NCBI RefSeq assembly: GCF_009914755.1
Contig: NC_060931.1
Length of the DNA stretch: 64,000 nt
Direction: 5' to 3' (one strand)
Source: the human T2T-CHM13v2.0 reference genome, Homo sapiens
The notes under the pieces were generated by a model that searched no databases, was not told the DNA's origin, and saw only the letters and a program-made list of their open reading frames with translations. Of the stretch, positions 14,981 through 30,050 are shown piece by piece; within the stretch, counting starts at the first letter, position 1; each line of letters begins with the position of its first letter. A program made the translations under genes and the position numbers.

Positions 14981-16979
14981 CTCTAATTTTTTAAGTACGT
15001 CTGGATCAGCAAGATTCTGGGAGAACAGGCATGATCAAAGGAAGACATTATACAAATAAGACAGTCTTGGTATAAAACAGAGAAATAAACTTAGATGGAG
15101 TTGGATGTTAAAGGAGAGGATAAACATTGGAAACCCATGGAAATGCAGTTAAGGGGGGAAAAAGGATGATAAGGAGCTACTGGTCTTCAGAAGAGCGGGA
15201 TCCTATAAACGCCTGTGCTGATGTGTATGAATACCAGAGTACATGAGCCATTCATATCCCAGGCTCCACATTGCCTCCCTATATTGATAGTGTAATGCCT
15301 GGACAGAGCTCATTCTCCTAAGGACCTTTGTAGGTTGATGTGAACTTGTGGTCACTGAGGCAGCATGATACCTTGATTCTTGTCCCAGTCTCTCACTCTC
15401 ATTCCCAATTGTCCAGACTCCCCACAAATAGTAGACTAGGAAAGATAAGACGTTAAAAATTGCCTTTAAAGCTGATGGGTTAATTTTGACATCTTCACTT
15501 GGAGAGGTACATGAACTTTAAGACTGAAATTTACCCCAGAAACTGATAAATAAACCTTTATACATAAATATTTAAGTACTTTTTCAAAACATCAAGCATT
15601 CTGCTAAAATATAATAAAGTATTAAGGCCAAGAAAGGGGTACTTTATATAATTGGAAAAAGCAGACTATTATGAAACACCCATTAACATTTTTAAGACTA
15701 ATGCATAGTAAATTTTTATACAATGTAATTAAACAGAAAAAATAATGCAGATTAAGCATTAGTACTAAAAAGGATGTCAGTACTTTTTGCAAAAACATTA
15801 TGGTGTACTCTCTGTTCAGAACAAGTATTTAAAACTAATGAAAAAATAAGCATTCAAAAAGATTTGGTAGCAGAGAAAATTAAAAATGGATTCCGAATTA
15901 TTTCTATTCTAGATCTTCTGTTCCAGCACCCTAATGAAGTTAAATAGTGCAACTAAAATTGTAATTCTAGTTAGATCACTGAATTTTTTTTTTAAGTATA
16001 CCTATGCTGCCATAGTAGTTAATTGGGCTGAAAAAGACGGGGTTGACTAAGGAAAGTTAAGAAATGAACAGAATTATAAAAAATAATAGATACTGTCTTA
16101 CATAGCCTTTTTCAGGCTATGTCTGCATATTCTTAATATGTTTTTAACGAAATATCTTTATTATCATTAGGTCATCTTTAGCCCAAATCTCTACATCTAA
16201 GGTGTTTTATTGTCAGTTCCAGGACTATGAGAGGCTACAGAATGGTAAAGACCATTCAAGGGGCTGGCTAGAGGTGGGGCAGGGGGCACAGGATGGGCCC
16301 AGGATAGGGACAGATTCTACTATCAAAGCAGAGTCAAGGGTATGAATATATTCTATCAATGCAAGTGAGAGCAGAGGATCAGGAACCACTTTCAGTGTCC
16401 CTCCTTTGTATTCCCCTGGCATCTTTAACAAACCTCAAACATTGCCCAAGTAGATGCTTTATCACAATTATTAATTTATTTCTCTATTGTCTCCCAAATG
16501 CTTCTTTAAAATTGCCCCCCCTTGACTTATTTGACTTTGTGATTCAAGCCCCGGATGGTGTCTGATATGAAGTAGGTATTTAATAATAGCTCTTGGGTAT
16601 CTAGTTAAAAGATGGAATGAATAGTATGTAGTTATCTTCCAAGTCTATTGTCTTAGTCTTGATTTTTATCGTGAGCTCAAGATCCATATTTCCAGTTGGC
16701 TGTTGGACAGCCCTGCCTGCATGCCCCAAAGACATTTTAAACAGATCCAAAGTCACTCACCAACCTCTCTCCCCACCCCCAACACTTGGCAAACCTGTTC
16801 TTTCTCCCATTCTTCATATTCCTTTCCTCAACTAAGTCTTAAATATTTAAGCGAGGCAGAGAATTTTACAGCAGATAGCAAATGCTCATGAAAGAAATGT
16901 ATTTTTCTAGCCTTCAATCTGAACACTTTTAATACTGAAGTGATGGAGACCTCAACAATAATCTCAAACATTGCTCAGT

Positions 16980-17351
16980 ATGTGAGATGGGTATGTGTGG
17001 ATTTGCTCCCTTGGCATTCCTTTCCATAGGGACCTGCCCTATCCAAGCCCTCTGAGGTTCTACAGAGGCTGCCAATTACAGGTCTTCACTCCTCTTGACC
17101 ACACTGCCCAATCAGAGTCTCGCTTCATGGAACCAGCACACTGAGCAGAGACAGTAGGCAGTTGGAGCCAAGTCACTCAATAACCAAGTATTTCTTTAAA
17201 ATTCCAAGAGCTGGTCTGAGTACTGCTCTTCTCAAGGTCGGGGGTATCCTTCCTCCTTAAATCTGTGAACCCTCAGGGATTCTTTCAGGCAACATTTTTT
17301 TCTTGTGTCAGAGTCTGTTTCTATAACCTAAAATCAGAGAACCCTGATACA
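16980..17351 (+). mobile_element. Ancient ERVL-class LTR (LTR33/LTR16-like)
   Basis: gcccaatcagagtctc and a 3' end gtcagagtctgtttct...gaaccctgataca. Confidence 0.4.
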
Positions 17352-18519
17352 AAGGAAAACATACTCAAATATGCACACTGATATTTTAAATTGTTTTCCA
17401 AATGGCTAAAGAAAAGATAGATGTGGAAGTTTTATAATGAAACCCAGGATTTGAGACTCTAAAAGGAAATAACAGGTCTCAGAAAGAGAGGGGGATTTGA
17501 GGGAGTAAAATCCTGCCTTCATTCTCATTCTTTCTCTCTCTCTCTCTCTTTCAGGCACACATGCACACACTCTAGATGAGAAAGAAAGGGGGAAATATCT
17601 ATGGAAACCACTGTGGATATCCAAGAGTTTGGAAGTAGTCCTTATTTTTAAAAGACATGCAAAAACTAGAAGAAGGGGCTCAGAATCAAGGCTAAACAGA
17701 AAAGATCCTGTGTGAATAGAATTTCAGAGCTCAGATCAAGGTGAAGCTTGTGAAAAATGCTGATATTTGTAGTTGTACATGGAAGATGGGAACAAAAGAA
17801 AGTTAAAGGGGAAAAAAACTAATGTTTTTGAGCACTTACTGTATGTCAGGTATTTTACATAGATGACTCAATTGTGAAAAAAAGAAAAAAAGAAGGGTAA
17901 GGATACAGATGGTCAAGTCCTTTGTTTGAGGTCATTAATATAACCTTAATAGAGGGAATCTTCTTCCTGTAAACTAGAGAAATTGTAATGTTTTATCTGA
18001 CACTTACAGGCTGAGTAGAATATAAATGGAGGCCACTTAATCGTATGTCTAAATATTTAGAAGTTATAAGTCGAGCTTGGCTCATGCCCAGCTCATGTTT
18101 CCACCCAAGGCCCCACAGCCATCCCAGAGAATCACCCTTGAAATGCAAAGGCTAAAAAAGCCATCCTCTTTCCTGGATGGGAGCACTGATATGCTGGGAT
18201 AGGGGCAAGATGGAAACTGCTCCTGGGCCCAGGAGCCCAGGGCGGGCACTAGGATAGGGACAAGCCTGGTCATCTGGTCATTATCACCATAGAGAGCCCC
18301 AGGCTAATTCCCTTGGCTGCCTTGCTTTTCCAACAGAAGCAGTTCAAAAGGCTTCCCAAAATTACTCCTCAAAAAAGTGCAGTCAGCTGAGAAACCCAGC
18401 CTGCCCAGACACCTACTCTGGGGTATTTGGGGTGGTCAACATTAAACACAGCAGCCCAGCTCTTTGCCAGATTTCTAGACAGAGGCTATGATTTTCTTCT
18501 AACTACTACCCCGTCGTAC

Positions 18520-19305
18520 TGAGATGGGGGCGTTTCCTTATCTCTCTCACAGGGCATGTGACAGGGGTGTGGCTAGCTTCCCACCTGGCTGCTCAAACCC
18601 TAGGGGGAGCATGCAGATGGGCAGGTGCAGAGGCCATGGAGAGTGCTTTTGGGCTCTGGCCCCACAGCAGCATCTAGGACTCCTGAAGCCCAAGTGGGCA
18701 CGTGTTACAGTATGCTCTTTCAGCTATACCATCTGCAGATGGCTTGTGTTAGTCAGCTTAATAGACCCTCTGCCTTATCACAAGGACAGGTGGCCAGTGT
18801 GACAGCCTGAGTTCTTGCCCAGTGTACCAGAAGAATCAGATCACATGTGGGCTGAAAGGCTGAGTGCAAGGTTTTATTGTGTGGTGGAGGTGGCAGATAG
18901 ATGGGGAGATATATGGGGAGCTGGAAGGGGTATGGAGTGGGAAGGTGGTGTTCCCCTGGAGTTTGGCCACCCAGTGGCCAGACTCTTCTCCAACCATCCC
19001 CGGCCTAACTTTCTTGGGCGTCTGTGTCGTTCCACTGTTGCTGGTCTGCCAGTGTCTGCCGGTGTCTGCTGGTGTCTGCTGATGTGTTCCTCTGCTCTTC
19101 TCAATGTTCAGCCACTTGTGTCTGTGCCTGCTTAAGGTCTCAGGTTTATATGAGCACAGGATGGAGGGCATGGTGGGCCAAAAAGCAACTTTTTGAGCAC
19201 AAAAACAGGAATGCTTGTCCCCACTTAGGTCCGTGGGCACAGGCCCACGGGTGGAGCCCTTACCAGGGCTCTCTACCCAGCACTTCCCTGCCACCCCCCA
19301 TATCG
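18520..19305 (-). mobile_element. ERV1 solo LTR, LTR1-family
   Basis: About 786 bp; minus strand begins (c)gatatggggggtggcagggaagtgctgggtagaga; 4-bp TSD gtac/ttac; GC-rich. Confidence 0.8.
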
Positions 19306-19629
19306 TTACCCACTAAGTACCCCATCATGTGCTCATCCCAGCATCCTCCATCCTCCTGTGAGGCTGGAGTAGGGTCCAGTTCCCACATGTGTCCCTTTAC
19401 CAAAATTTCCATTTGATCAGTTATCCAATTTTCAAAAAAATCTATAAAACATAAAGAAAAAAAGTATTTCTCTATCAATGTTTGTCATACGTAGAGCCCT
19501 CTAAAACCTGTGACCAGGGCAGATGCCCTTATTGCTAGATGTAATAGTGGTAGCATTTGTATCTATACACCTCTTAAAATGTAGCATGCAAAGTTGAAAA
19601 CAGCATATAAATATAATTTGACCAAGGCA

Positions 19630-20290
19630 GAATATATTGGGGCTATTACTTTCCATGATCTTGGCACTGTTCTAGCTGTGCAGCCCAAGATTATTAGCTT
19701 TTTAAACAGTCACATCATATTGTTGGCTCATATTAAATTAAGAATTAATTTGAACTCTTAGGTTGCTTTCACAGGCGCTTCTACCAAGCCAATTCTCTCC
19801 CATTCTATAATTGATGGTTTTGAATCTAAATGCAGGATTTTACATATATTACTATTACATCTTCACTTATTAGTTTTGAATTTTTTTAAGTCATTTGTAG
19901 TGTTTGCCATCACTCCTATGCTTCTATCATGGGAAAAATCAGTAAGCTATTCTGTATCTTCATTCAGGTATTTGATTAAAGTGGTAAGTAGGGAAAACAG
20001 CAGGTATAGAATCAATGACGGAAGCTTAGAGACAGCAGGTTTCAACCGAGCTGTTTTGAAATGTTATTTCTAACAATTAGTTTTCTATCAATGGAATGGA
20101 CTTCTTGGGAAGATGTGAGAAGAATTCAAGCAAAAGCCAAATGAGGCTCAGCAGAGGCCATAGAAAGAATTTTTGGATATGTAGACGTCTAAGGACACTT
20201 CCAATTCTAAGATTCCATAACTTGATGATTCTAAATTCCAGAGTTATGAGAGAATAGCTTGGCATTCCTCAAGCCCATGTTGGATTGCTA
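19630..20290 (-). mobile_element. CR1/L3 LINE relic
   Basis: tgcagcccaagattattagcttttt...catcatattgttggctcatatt...ctaaatgcaggatttt...aagcccatgttgg, CR1 RT-region antisense motifs. Confidence 0.7.
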
Positions 20291-20775
20291 TAGGAAACCT
20301 TTCAGTGCCCACAGACTAATGCAATGATTATTTTTTAAGATCCCTGCTCCACTCTGTCCCTTTCATTGTTCTTACCATAGCCCACCTTTTTCTATACAGT
20401 AGCTGTTGGCCTAAGGGCCTCATTTCATCATAAGCTCCTTGCATTCAAGAACTACATTTTATTTATCTTTATTTCTCTTGTACCTGTAGAACCCAATTTG
20501 TACTTAGTGGGTATAATACTAAATTGCAGGTAGGAAACAAGGGAGTGGTTTGGAGTTTGAATCCAGGAGACAGATAGAGCTCCAGGTGCAAAGGGATCTT
20601 AGCACTCCCTGAGTAGGTGCTCCATGAAGGCAGAGGCCATGCCCATCTTGTCCTACTCCTCAGCAACCAGCAGAGTGTTTCACATGGTACACACTCTGTG
20701 AAATGTTTGTAGAATGAAGGTTGAGTCGACAAGTTTTCTGAGAAGTAATTAACTTTAATTCATTTTCTGAGTAAG

Positions 20776-21393
20776 TGCTATAGGAGTTAAGAAGAAATTA
20801 TTTAGGCAGATAGTAAGGGTAAGGAAGTCCTTAGTAAGGTTTTCCTTTTAATGAAAAGCAGCCCCAAAATCATTTTGTTTTCTAACAAAGAGCAGCTTGT
20901 AAAATCGAGCTGCACTTGCATGGGTGAATGCCAGCAGCTGTGCTAACAGGAAAGGGCTACCTGGGGGCCACGCATGTCCAATATGGAGGCTCCATCTTCC
21001 CCTTTCCTTGTCAACCGCATGCACAGTAAGGAGCAGGCTACATAGCACCGGCCAAGCAGAGACTCCACTTGCATAATAAAAGATTAGGGTGGGGTGGCCG
21101 GCTTCCTTGTGCACTATGTAAATGTCATACCTGGCCCAGTCAATCTTTGGGCCCTACGTAAATCAGACACTGCCTCCTCAAGCCTGTCTATAAAACCCTG
21201 TGCACTCGCCATGGGCCAGAAGTCCCACTCAGGCGCCCCTCTCTCTCAAGGAGAGAGAGCTGTTCTCCTTTCTCTTTCTTTTGCCTATTAAACCTCTGCT
21301 CTTAACCTCACTCCACATGTGTCCGTGTCCTTGATTTCCTTGGCATGAGGCAACAAACCTCGGGTATTTACCCCGGACAACGAGGCCACTTCA
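20776..21393 (+). mobile_element. ERV1 solo LTR, LTR9-family
   Basis: 618 bp, TG...CA termini, TSD gtaag/gtagg, TATA-like ctataaaa near 21188 and attaaa signal near 21287. Confidence 0.85.
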
Positions 21394-21614
21394 GTAGGGC
21401 AGGAAGAGGCGAGAGAACATGAGAAGAACTGAATCTGACTCGGTTTAAAAGCACAAACTGGACAGCAAGGCCTCAGTTGTCCTAATTGTTCTAGGAACTC
21501 ACCCCCAAACCAGTCTCAAGACTTTCCACCTGAGAATAATTCTCTGACCTGAGAGCCTCCTGGTGTCTAACATCTTCCACCTATCACCTTTTGAGTCATA
21601 CTTCTGTTTTAGAG

Positions 21615-21816
21615 TAGGCTTGCCAGATTTAGCCAACAAGCAAATATCCAGGATACCCAGTTAAATTTGTATTCTAGGTAAACAAAAATATTTTTTCAAG
21701 GTAACTGTGTTTTACGCCATCTCTGAGGCATGCTTATCTTATACTAAAAATAAAAAACTGTTATTATGTGAAATTCAAATTTAACTCGGTGACCTGTATT
21801 TTATCTGGCAATCCTA
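21615..21816. mobile_element. MER53 palindromic hAT MITE
   Basis: taggcttgccagat ... atctggcaatccta termini, internal cagttaaatttg / caaatttaact inverted arms, degenerate 8-bp TSD ttttagag/tttgggag. Confidence 0.88.
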
Positions 21817-22205
21817 TTTGGGAGGCACACTTCGCACTTGCTTTTCATAGAAATTGCCTTTTCTTAAACTGTCACTGGGCCCATGTCCTCAGTCTCATCC
21901 CCTTGCACAGCGTTAAATGCAGGCTGGGGATTATTATGGAAGTAACATCAAATGTCGAAATGCTATTTATTAGCCATCACACTGTAGGTCATAAAACTTG
22001 TCATCCAATTTAGTACTTGCCCCCATGTTAGAGGGCTAACAGAAAGAAATTGAGTTCCTTTCCTCGGTTTTCACAACAAGTCATTGTCAGAGCCAGAATT
22101 ATAATCTAAGATTCTGAATTTGGAGGTTCTCTAAATTATATTGCCTCTCTGTGGGAGACTATATTCTCTTTTGCAGTTCTTCCTCTCTTAAAAGTCTTAA
22201 AATTG

Positions 22206-22780
<575 letters not shown>

Positions 22781-24250
22781 TTACAAAGGGGGAAAAAAGA
22801 AAAGAAGGAACAACAAGCTGGCTGGCTGATTTTTTTTAACCTCTAAGTCCCTTACACACTTTAAGTGACATTCACAAATGGCATAATTTTTGAAAGTTGT
22901 TTTTGTGCTGAAAGATTGGATGTTTGATGCCTCAACCCTGTGGTTCTCCCTCCAGCCCAGCCAGGATTCAAAACATCTTTCAGTAAAACCATCTGTTATT
23001 TAAAACATTCTTGTGTCTTAAAATATACAAAACTCAAGACCTAACTGCTCATCGAAACCCCAAACACACTCTTTTGGGGCTGGGTTCCTCACAGAGAGCG
23101 ATTCATAAAACCTTGCTTATTATTTGGAAACAGGTCTGAAGTTTGTCCAATTTTATCCTTTTTGTGGTTCATCATTCTAAAATATTTTGGTGTGGCAACA
23201 GGTTATTAGCTTCTTAAACTTCTAGCTGTAATATTGTGCAGAATCCATTTCATTTCATAGCAAAGCAGGAGAGACATAACTTCCAGATGAAGGTAATAGC
23301 CGTGCGCATATAGAATTGAACCAGTTTTTCTTTGTCAAAAACTGTGCCACAATTGTCTGAATTACAATCCTGCTTGAAACCTGTTGGAGACCCAGGACAT
23401 GAAAAATGTCTAGGAATTTTACCGAAAGATCAAGCCATGAGCACACATCTTCTGTGTTATTAAGTATTTGACAACAGGTACCAACCATAGTGACAAGCCC
23501 CAAAAGTGTATTTTTTAGGGTGAAATATTTTAATGACTTTGGAATAGACTGGTCTGGAAATATCTTCTTCCTATAACTGCCAAGGTACACGGACAAACTC
23601 AATATTATGGTATAACGATGACAGCAGCATTTTAAAGCCTTGGCTGACATCTTTGCTTTTCCACCAGGCAGGCAGCCCAGGTGACAGAAGCTTCACATCT
23701 CAGCTGAGAGCCCCTCTGTGAACAGGGACACTTTGGGTCAAGGTCCTGCCAGTGTTTGTGTCTCTAAGCTCAAGAACTAAATAACCATTTCTAAACAGCC
23801 TTAGATCTTATTCTATTTTGGAAATAAATTAGCAATGTTTAATATTAATGAGGAAAAATTAAGACATTCTTAATATAGGAGGTACATGTAGACTTGGATG
23901 CAAACAATGTAGTTTCTAAAAAGTTCTGATGAAAACAAGATGGTATGCAGAGAATAACATGATGTTTGCAAATGAGCCCAGCTAGATGAAGAATTCCCGT
24001 TCAACAGCCTGCCGGGGCTGTGGTGCAAGAGAAACAGCATGATAAGCTCCAAATTGCTTTTCTGCATTCTCAGGAGGTAGAAGACTGCAAGATGGGGCTG
24101 CTGAGAGGCTGCCATGGTTTTCAAAGAATGAGCTCAAGCTGGACTGGACCCTCTGGTGACAGCTCTGTCAAAGAAGAAGGATCAGATACACTCAAAAATG
24201 AACATCAGCATTTACATTCTTGTGGCTGTGGCCAAATCTGTCCTCTTTCT

Positions 24251-24570
24251 TTTTTTTTTCTTTCTTTCTTTCTTTTTTTTTTTTTTTTGAGACAGTCTTG
24301 CTCTGTCTCCTAGGCTGGAGTGCAGTGGCGCGATCTCGGCTCACTGCAAACTCCGCCTCCCGGCTTGTATGCCATTCTCCTGCCTCAGCCTCCCAAGTAG
24401 CTGGGACTACAGGCATGCACCACCTACACCCAGCTAATTTTTTTGTATTTTTAGTAGAGACAGGGTTTCACCGTGTTAGCCAGGATGGCCTTGATCTCCT
24501 GACCTCGTGATCTGCCCACCTCGGCCTCCTAAAGTGCTGGGATTACAGGCGTGAGCCGCCGCGCCCGGCT
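24251..24570 (-). mobile_element. Alu, AluY/Sc8-like
   Basis: gccattctcctgcc and cgtgttagccaggatgg; TSD atctgtcct(c/g)tttct at 24236-24250 and 24571-24585. Confidence 0.95.
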
Positions 24571-25849
24571 ATCTGTCCTGTTTCTGTCTATGGATCAGCA
24601 TACTGAGGGAGGGCCCTCAGGATCACAAGCAATTTTGTTTTTGAAAAGCCCCAGCCCAGTGGAGGTGGATTTGCATGTGCCTGCAAGTGCCATCTAATAA
24701 ACGCTACTCACCAGCCGGGATCGTGAGAACTGAACACAGAATAATACAGCTGAGGAGTGGCTGGGTAGAGCCTGACTGTGGCATCACCTCTAGGAAGGAC
24801 AATGTGGGCAGCATTCCTCATGGCTTTATGCTTATACAACTCAGCTAGGGGATATTGATTTTTTGGTAGTTACACCAAGCACTTCAGGGAACTAAAAATC
24901 CACATGGCACAAAAATCCCTTTCTAGGTAGGATGTTTTAATTTGCAAATCACTGTGAGACAAGCTCAAGTAGAACAGAATCTTATGTTATAGGGGTTTCC
25001 AAACCACTCTGCCTCTTTCTCCTAAATATCAGCTCCAGAGAAAGCTGGAGAAATGTCTGCCTGCCGAGGCACTGCAGCCTGGCAGGAGGTGGTCTCAAGC
25101 AGGATCAACATCTGTGGACAGCACTTTCTGTATCTGTTTGTGTGAGATGCTCGCGTTCAGCTTGGGGTCTGTTCTAAATGGAAGGCGACTTCCCTCACAC
25201 TGCTATCCTGTCTTCGCCAAGACAAATGCTGAATTGTTTGTTCTCGCAGAATGATAGCCCGAGTGCCAAAAACTCCAAGATGAAAATGAATCCCCCCCAT
25301 TATGGATTCAGTTCCAACATAGCAAGTTGCACAATCTCTTGGGACCACTACCCTTGCCAACCAAAAATTAAAACCAATTTGGCTACATAATAAGAAGCTA
25401 CAAACATAATTCTTTTTTCTTCATTGGCCAAGAATTTGATGTTCCTGCAAGGATGAAAGTGAGGCATTCAGAGCTGTTTTAAGAGAAAAGAAATTGAGGC
25501 TGAAAACATGTTATTCCATTTTCTTTTTTTGCTGAAGAATCAAAACACTTGATTCAGACCCACAGCAGAAAAGATTCATGGAGTGAGAAGGTATACAAGT
25601 TGTACTTTATGCTACCAAAAGCACACACCCATGCTGTTGAATTAGGAAAAGAAAACATTTCTGTGGAGCTGAGTAGACATAGAAGCCCTACATCAGAGTC
25701 TGTCAAAAATATTGAGTTTATAAACTGACTTTTGTTGCTGCATGCTTTTAAAAAGCCCTCAGAGGGACAAAAAAGAAAAGAAAAAAGAAAGAAAAACAAA
25801 AGTCCACAATAAAGATGACTAAAAATGAATGTCAAATGATAGAGACTTA

Positions 25850-26040
25850 GGTAGTTATTTTTTATGTGTACTGAATGCCTGCTACATGCTACATCTGTTC
25901 TAGGTACTTTGCATGTATTGGTATATTCTTAATCCCATTTTACAGATACAGAAACTAAGAAACAGAGAGGCTGTGTAACTTGCCCAAGGTCACACAGCCA
26001 GCAAGTGGCAAAGCCAAATTTTAATGCAGTCTAGCACCAA
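25850..26040 (-). mobile_element. MIR
   Basis: cccattttacagatacagaaactaag...gtaacttgcccaaggtcacacagc. Confidence 0.85.
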
Positions 26041-26053
26041 AACCTGTGTTTTT

Positions 26054-26325
26054 CTTTCTTTTATTTATTTATTTTTTTACTTTAAGTTCTGGGATACATG
26101 TGCAGAACGTGCAGGCTTGTTACATAGGTATACAGGTGCCATGGTGGTTTGCTGCACCCATCAACCCGTCATCTACATTAGGTAGTTCTCCTAATGCTAT
26201 CCCTCTCCTAGCCCCCGACACCCCAGCAGGCCCCGGTGTGTGATGTCCCCCTCCTGTGTCCATGTGTTGTTCTTCAACTCCCACTTATGAGTAAGAACAT
26301 GCAGTTCTTGGTTTTCTGTTCCTGT
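26054..26325 (-). mobile_element. L1PA7/8-like 3' end, severely 5'-truncated
   Basis: ttaagttctgggatacatgtgcagaacgtgcagg...ctcccacttatgagt; flanked by tgtgttttt on both sides. Confidence 0.9.
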
Positions 26326-28325
26326 CCTTGTGTTTTTAATTAGCAGACTTTGCTGCCCCTTGGGATCCTTTAATCCTTTGTTTCCCACTCTGATAGATAT
26401 GATGTGATGAGCTAAGCATAATAAACACAGCATTTGGGATATCCCCAATTTTTGACACAATTTTATGATAAAGCAAATAGGGCCACACATTTTTATTTTG
26501 AACATGGCATCTATTAATATGCTTTTATATGAGTAATAAAATCAGTCATCTAAAGGCATCCAATAATACAGACGGCTAATCTAACTGTTTAACTGAACAT
26601 TTTTAAAGACAATTTTTTTCTAGACCTCCACTCCAAAGTTAATATTGATAAAGTCAGTGAATATCACTAAAGAACAAATATAAAGAAATTTTGTATTTCT
26701 GTTGTTAAAAATAGAAAATAAAATATAAATTTTAATCTTATTAATATGAATAATATTGCAATTTTTACTTGTACCATGCAAGTAAAATCTCTTTTGATTC
26801 TATGACCATAACTGTTGTGTTATTATTAACAGATAAGTGCAGAGCATCATTCTTACTCTCATGCAATGCAAATATAGATGTATTTTACATATGCCCTTTA
26901 TCTACCCTTGCCTTAAAAATGTATTCATGGGTAAAATTAAAAAATAAACAGAAGTTGCTGTGATCACGAGTTGCACATTTTTAATCACAACTATAACAGA
27001 CATCAGTAACTATCAAAAGAAATCATATCAGAATGGAAAAACGTGAAGCAACGTCACTATAAATATAAACTTGAATCAGTTCTGATTTCTTTAAAAAAAA
27101 AAGAAAAAGAATTTCAGAACCCTGTTTTATAATTATTAACCAACTAGTTGCTATATATTTTATAACTCATCATAACACATCACTGTGTCTTGATATTATG
27201 GTTAAGAGCAGGTGAACTGGATGGATTTTGCCACAGCCCAGTTCAGCTACTCATTCATTTATCCATTTATTCAGCAAATAGCGAATACTTCCCATGTGTC
27301 AGGGTCTGTTTGCCCCTGGGTGGCATATCCATCAGAGATGGAGTTCTCTATACCTCATGCCCAATAAGAATATTCAGTGTATCGAATAATATAATATTTA
27401 TTAAATACTCTGGGCTTTTCTGCCTTTTTTCAGTTCTTTTTCCTGGCAGCCTCTCATCCAAATGAGTGGCCCTGCTTCCTCTAGAAGAGCACAGTGGAAG
27501 TTAAAGACCTTTCATCCTATTCCAAAGCACCCTCTACAAATTTCATTTCACTCCTGAGTAAATTGGAGCTTAATAATTCCAAACTCTCAGTGACAAACTA
27601 CCCCAAGACTGGTGCTCATTGTCACCTGTCTCTGGCTGTTTGTCATCAGCATGTCTGAAAGCCCCTGCAATCTCGTCTGTCATTGTTGGGAGGCAGATGG
27701 AACAAAAATGAGCTGGGATGGTCGCAGTTGGTGAAAGAAATCAACATTCCTCCTGAAAGGCAGACTACTTAAGGAATGATTCATGGGCTTTCACTAAAAA
27801 AAATAAACAAATAAATAGTAAATGGCTGTTGACTCCTGACTCTAAAGTTGATTTGGGCTATAGGGAAGTCAAAGTCAATAGCAGAGAGAAAAGTCAAGGT
27901 GGTAAACCTTGAAGGAAAAAAAAAAAACATGACTGTATTCTAAGTGCCATAATTAGAAACCTCTGAAAACCTCTTTCTCTTTCTCTCAGCTATGAATTTC
28001 AAAAATATGATGGATTTTTCTGCTTGAAAATAACAGTCTTAAGGATAAAAGACCCTTGGGAAATCCAAGAGGAGGCAATTACCCAACCTCTACAAGGCAA
28101 TTAGCAGTCAATCAAAGTATTGTTTATTTGCTTTTTATTTAAAAAAAAAAAAACTTCATTGTTTACACGACTGCATTGAATTTTTATGAAGCCCATAATA
28201 GAAACTTACTGACTCATCCACAGAGCTTGAGTTGATTCAGAAAATGCTGCGATAAAAATCCCAACTTGGTATTTCGGGCCTTCTTATAAAGGAGAGGGTT
28301 TTAGCAGCTCTTTAAACCAAATCCT

Positions 28326-28646
<321 letters not shown>

Positions 28647-28677
28647 TTAATCGCTCGAGACATTTTTCAAGTTGTCA

Positions 28678-28691
28678 TGTGCGTGCGTGTG

Positions 28692-28727
<36 letters not shown>
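28678..28727. repeat. (TG)n/(CG) dinucleotide microsatellite
   Basis: About 50 bp of alternating purine-pyrimidine sequence. Confidence 0.97.
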
Positions 28728-28730
<3 letters not shown>

Positions 28731-29644
28731 AGCGATCCTGTATGTAGGTTTCTTTTCTTGTATTTAATAATACAATGGCATTCTTTGTTTTACCTTGAAA
28801 TTACAAACAAACAATACACATCACAACTGCAAAATTCATTTAACAACACAGTGGAGCAAATGAATCACAGGACTGTTGGGAGATGGATTTTTAACTTGCT
28901 ATGGAAGCACAAAACAAGACGTGTCTAAGTCAGCAGGCTTTTTGCTTTCTGAGCAGATGTGAAGTGTGTTCTCTTCCACTGGTGATGAGCCTCAAGAGGT
29001 TGGAGGAACTGGTCTGGTTTAATTCAAAGTCACCTGAAGCCTTGTTTGAAGTTCATTAAGGCAATTCAATTCAATTCAATACACATTTGCAGAGCTACCT
29101 CATGCAAGGAGGTAAGCGTACTAAGGGCTACAGAAGCCACAGAGATACTTGAGAAAAGCCAGCCCCCCAGAGCTCAGAAGACTGACATCCCCAGCAGCAT
29201 CATTTTACAACCTTCTTCATAATTGCTGTTAGTGATCCTACAAAATGCACTAGGCACAGAGCTACCTTGAAAATGAAAGCAAGCCTAAACAGCCTATTTC
29301 CTGGAACTTTTGGAACCTACAGGTTCTAGATCAAAAGCAAGAAAGGAGAAGCCAAATATTTAATGCACCATTCACTTTGGAAACCCTTTTTTTTTCCACA
29401 TAATTGGTTTTTATAGCTATGTGATTTTTATGCTCATGTATTTTCTCTGTGATAATAACTTACTAAGTTTTATTAAACTTATTTAGACTTAAAGTATAAT
29501 TTCATTTTTTATCCTAAGAGTTCTAATTTTTAATTTAATTTTTAATTATTAAGCTTTGAGAGAAATGATAAGGCAGATAGAGAATTAAATATTAAAACTT
29601 TCAAGTTTGATTCTCTATCTCCCCTATCATTTCTTTTAAAGCCT

Positions 29645-29845
29645 AATAATAGTAGCTAACATTTATTACACTTGCTCAAAACCAATAACCATATGAAGCA
29701 CCTGAATATATTACCTCATCTAATCCTTGCTCTATTTCTACGAAGTGGATATAATTACTATTCCACTTTTACAGATGAAGAAATTGAGATTTCATGAAAT
29801 TAAGTAACTTGTCCCAACCACACTGAGGTTTGAACGCTGGCTTAT
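29645..29845 (-). mobile_element. MIR
   Basis: agtagctaacatttatt...ttttacagatgaagaaattgag...taagtaacttgtcc. Confidence 0.85.
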
Positions 29846-30050
29846 TTTCTTCCTCTCTGACCCACTCCTTCTTTCATATTACTCAGCTATCACATTCTCC
29901 AGGCTTTCTATTTATTTGCTTCCTTTATACTCTTGGCTTCCCATGAACCAGACAGCAGAGCCATTCTCTGGACTTTGTGAGTCTCAAGCTTCTGCCCCAA
30001 CTCTGAGGTCTCCATCCATGCTCCAGGCCACAGATTATCAGTGTCTACCT

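Noticed and set aside
18524-19416. Cluster of overlapping ORFs and GC-rich sequence suggesting an exon
   Set aside because: Nearly all of it lies within the LTR1-family solo LTR; high GC content lowers stop-codon frequency.
23255-23650. 131-aa minus-strand ORF in unique sequence
   Set aside because: No recognisable homology, codon bias or convincing splice structure.
24669-24676. Octamer motif ATTTGCAT
   Set aside because: An isolated 8-mer is expected by chance several times in 64 kb of AT-rich DNA.
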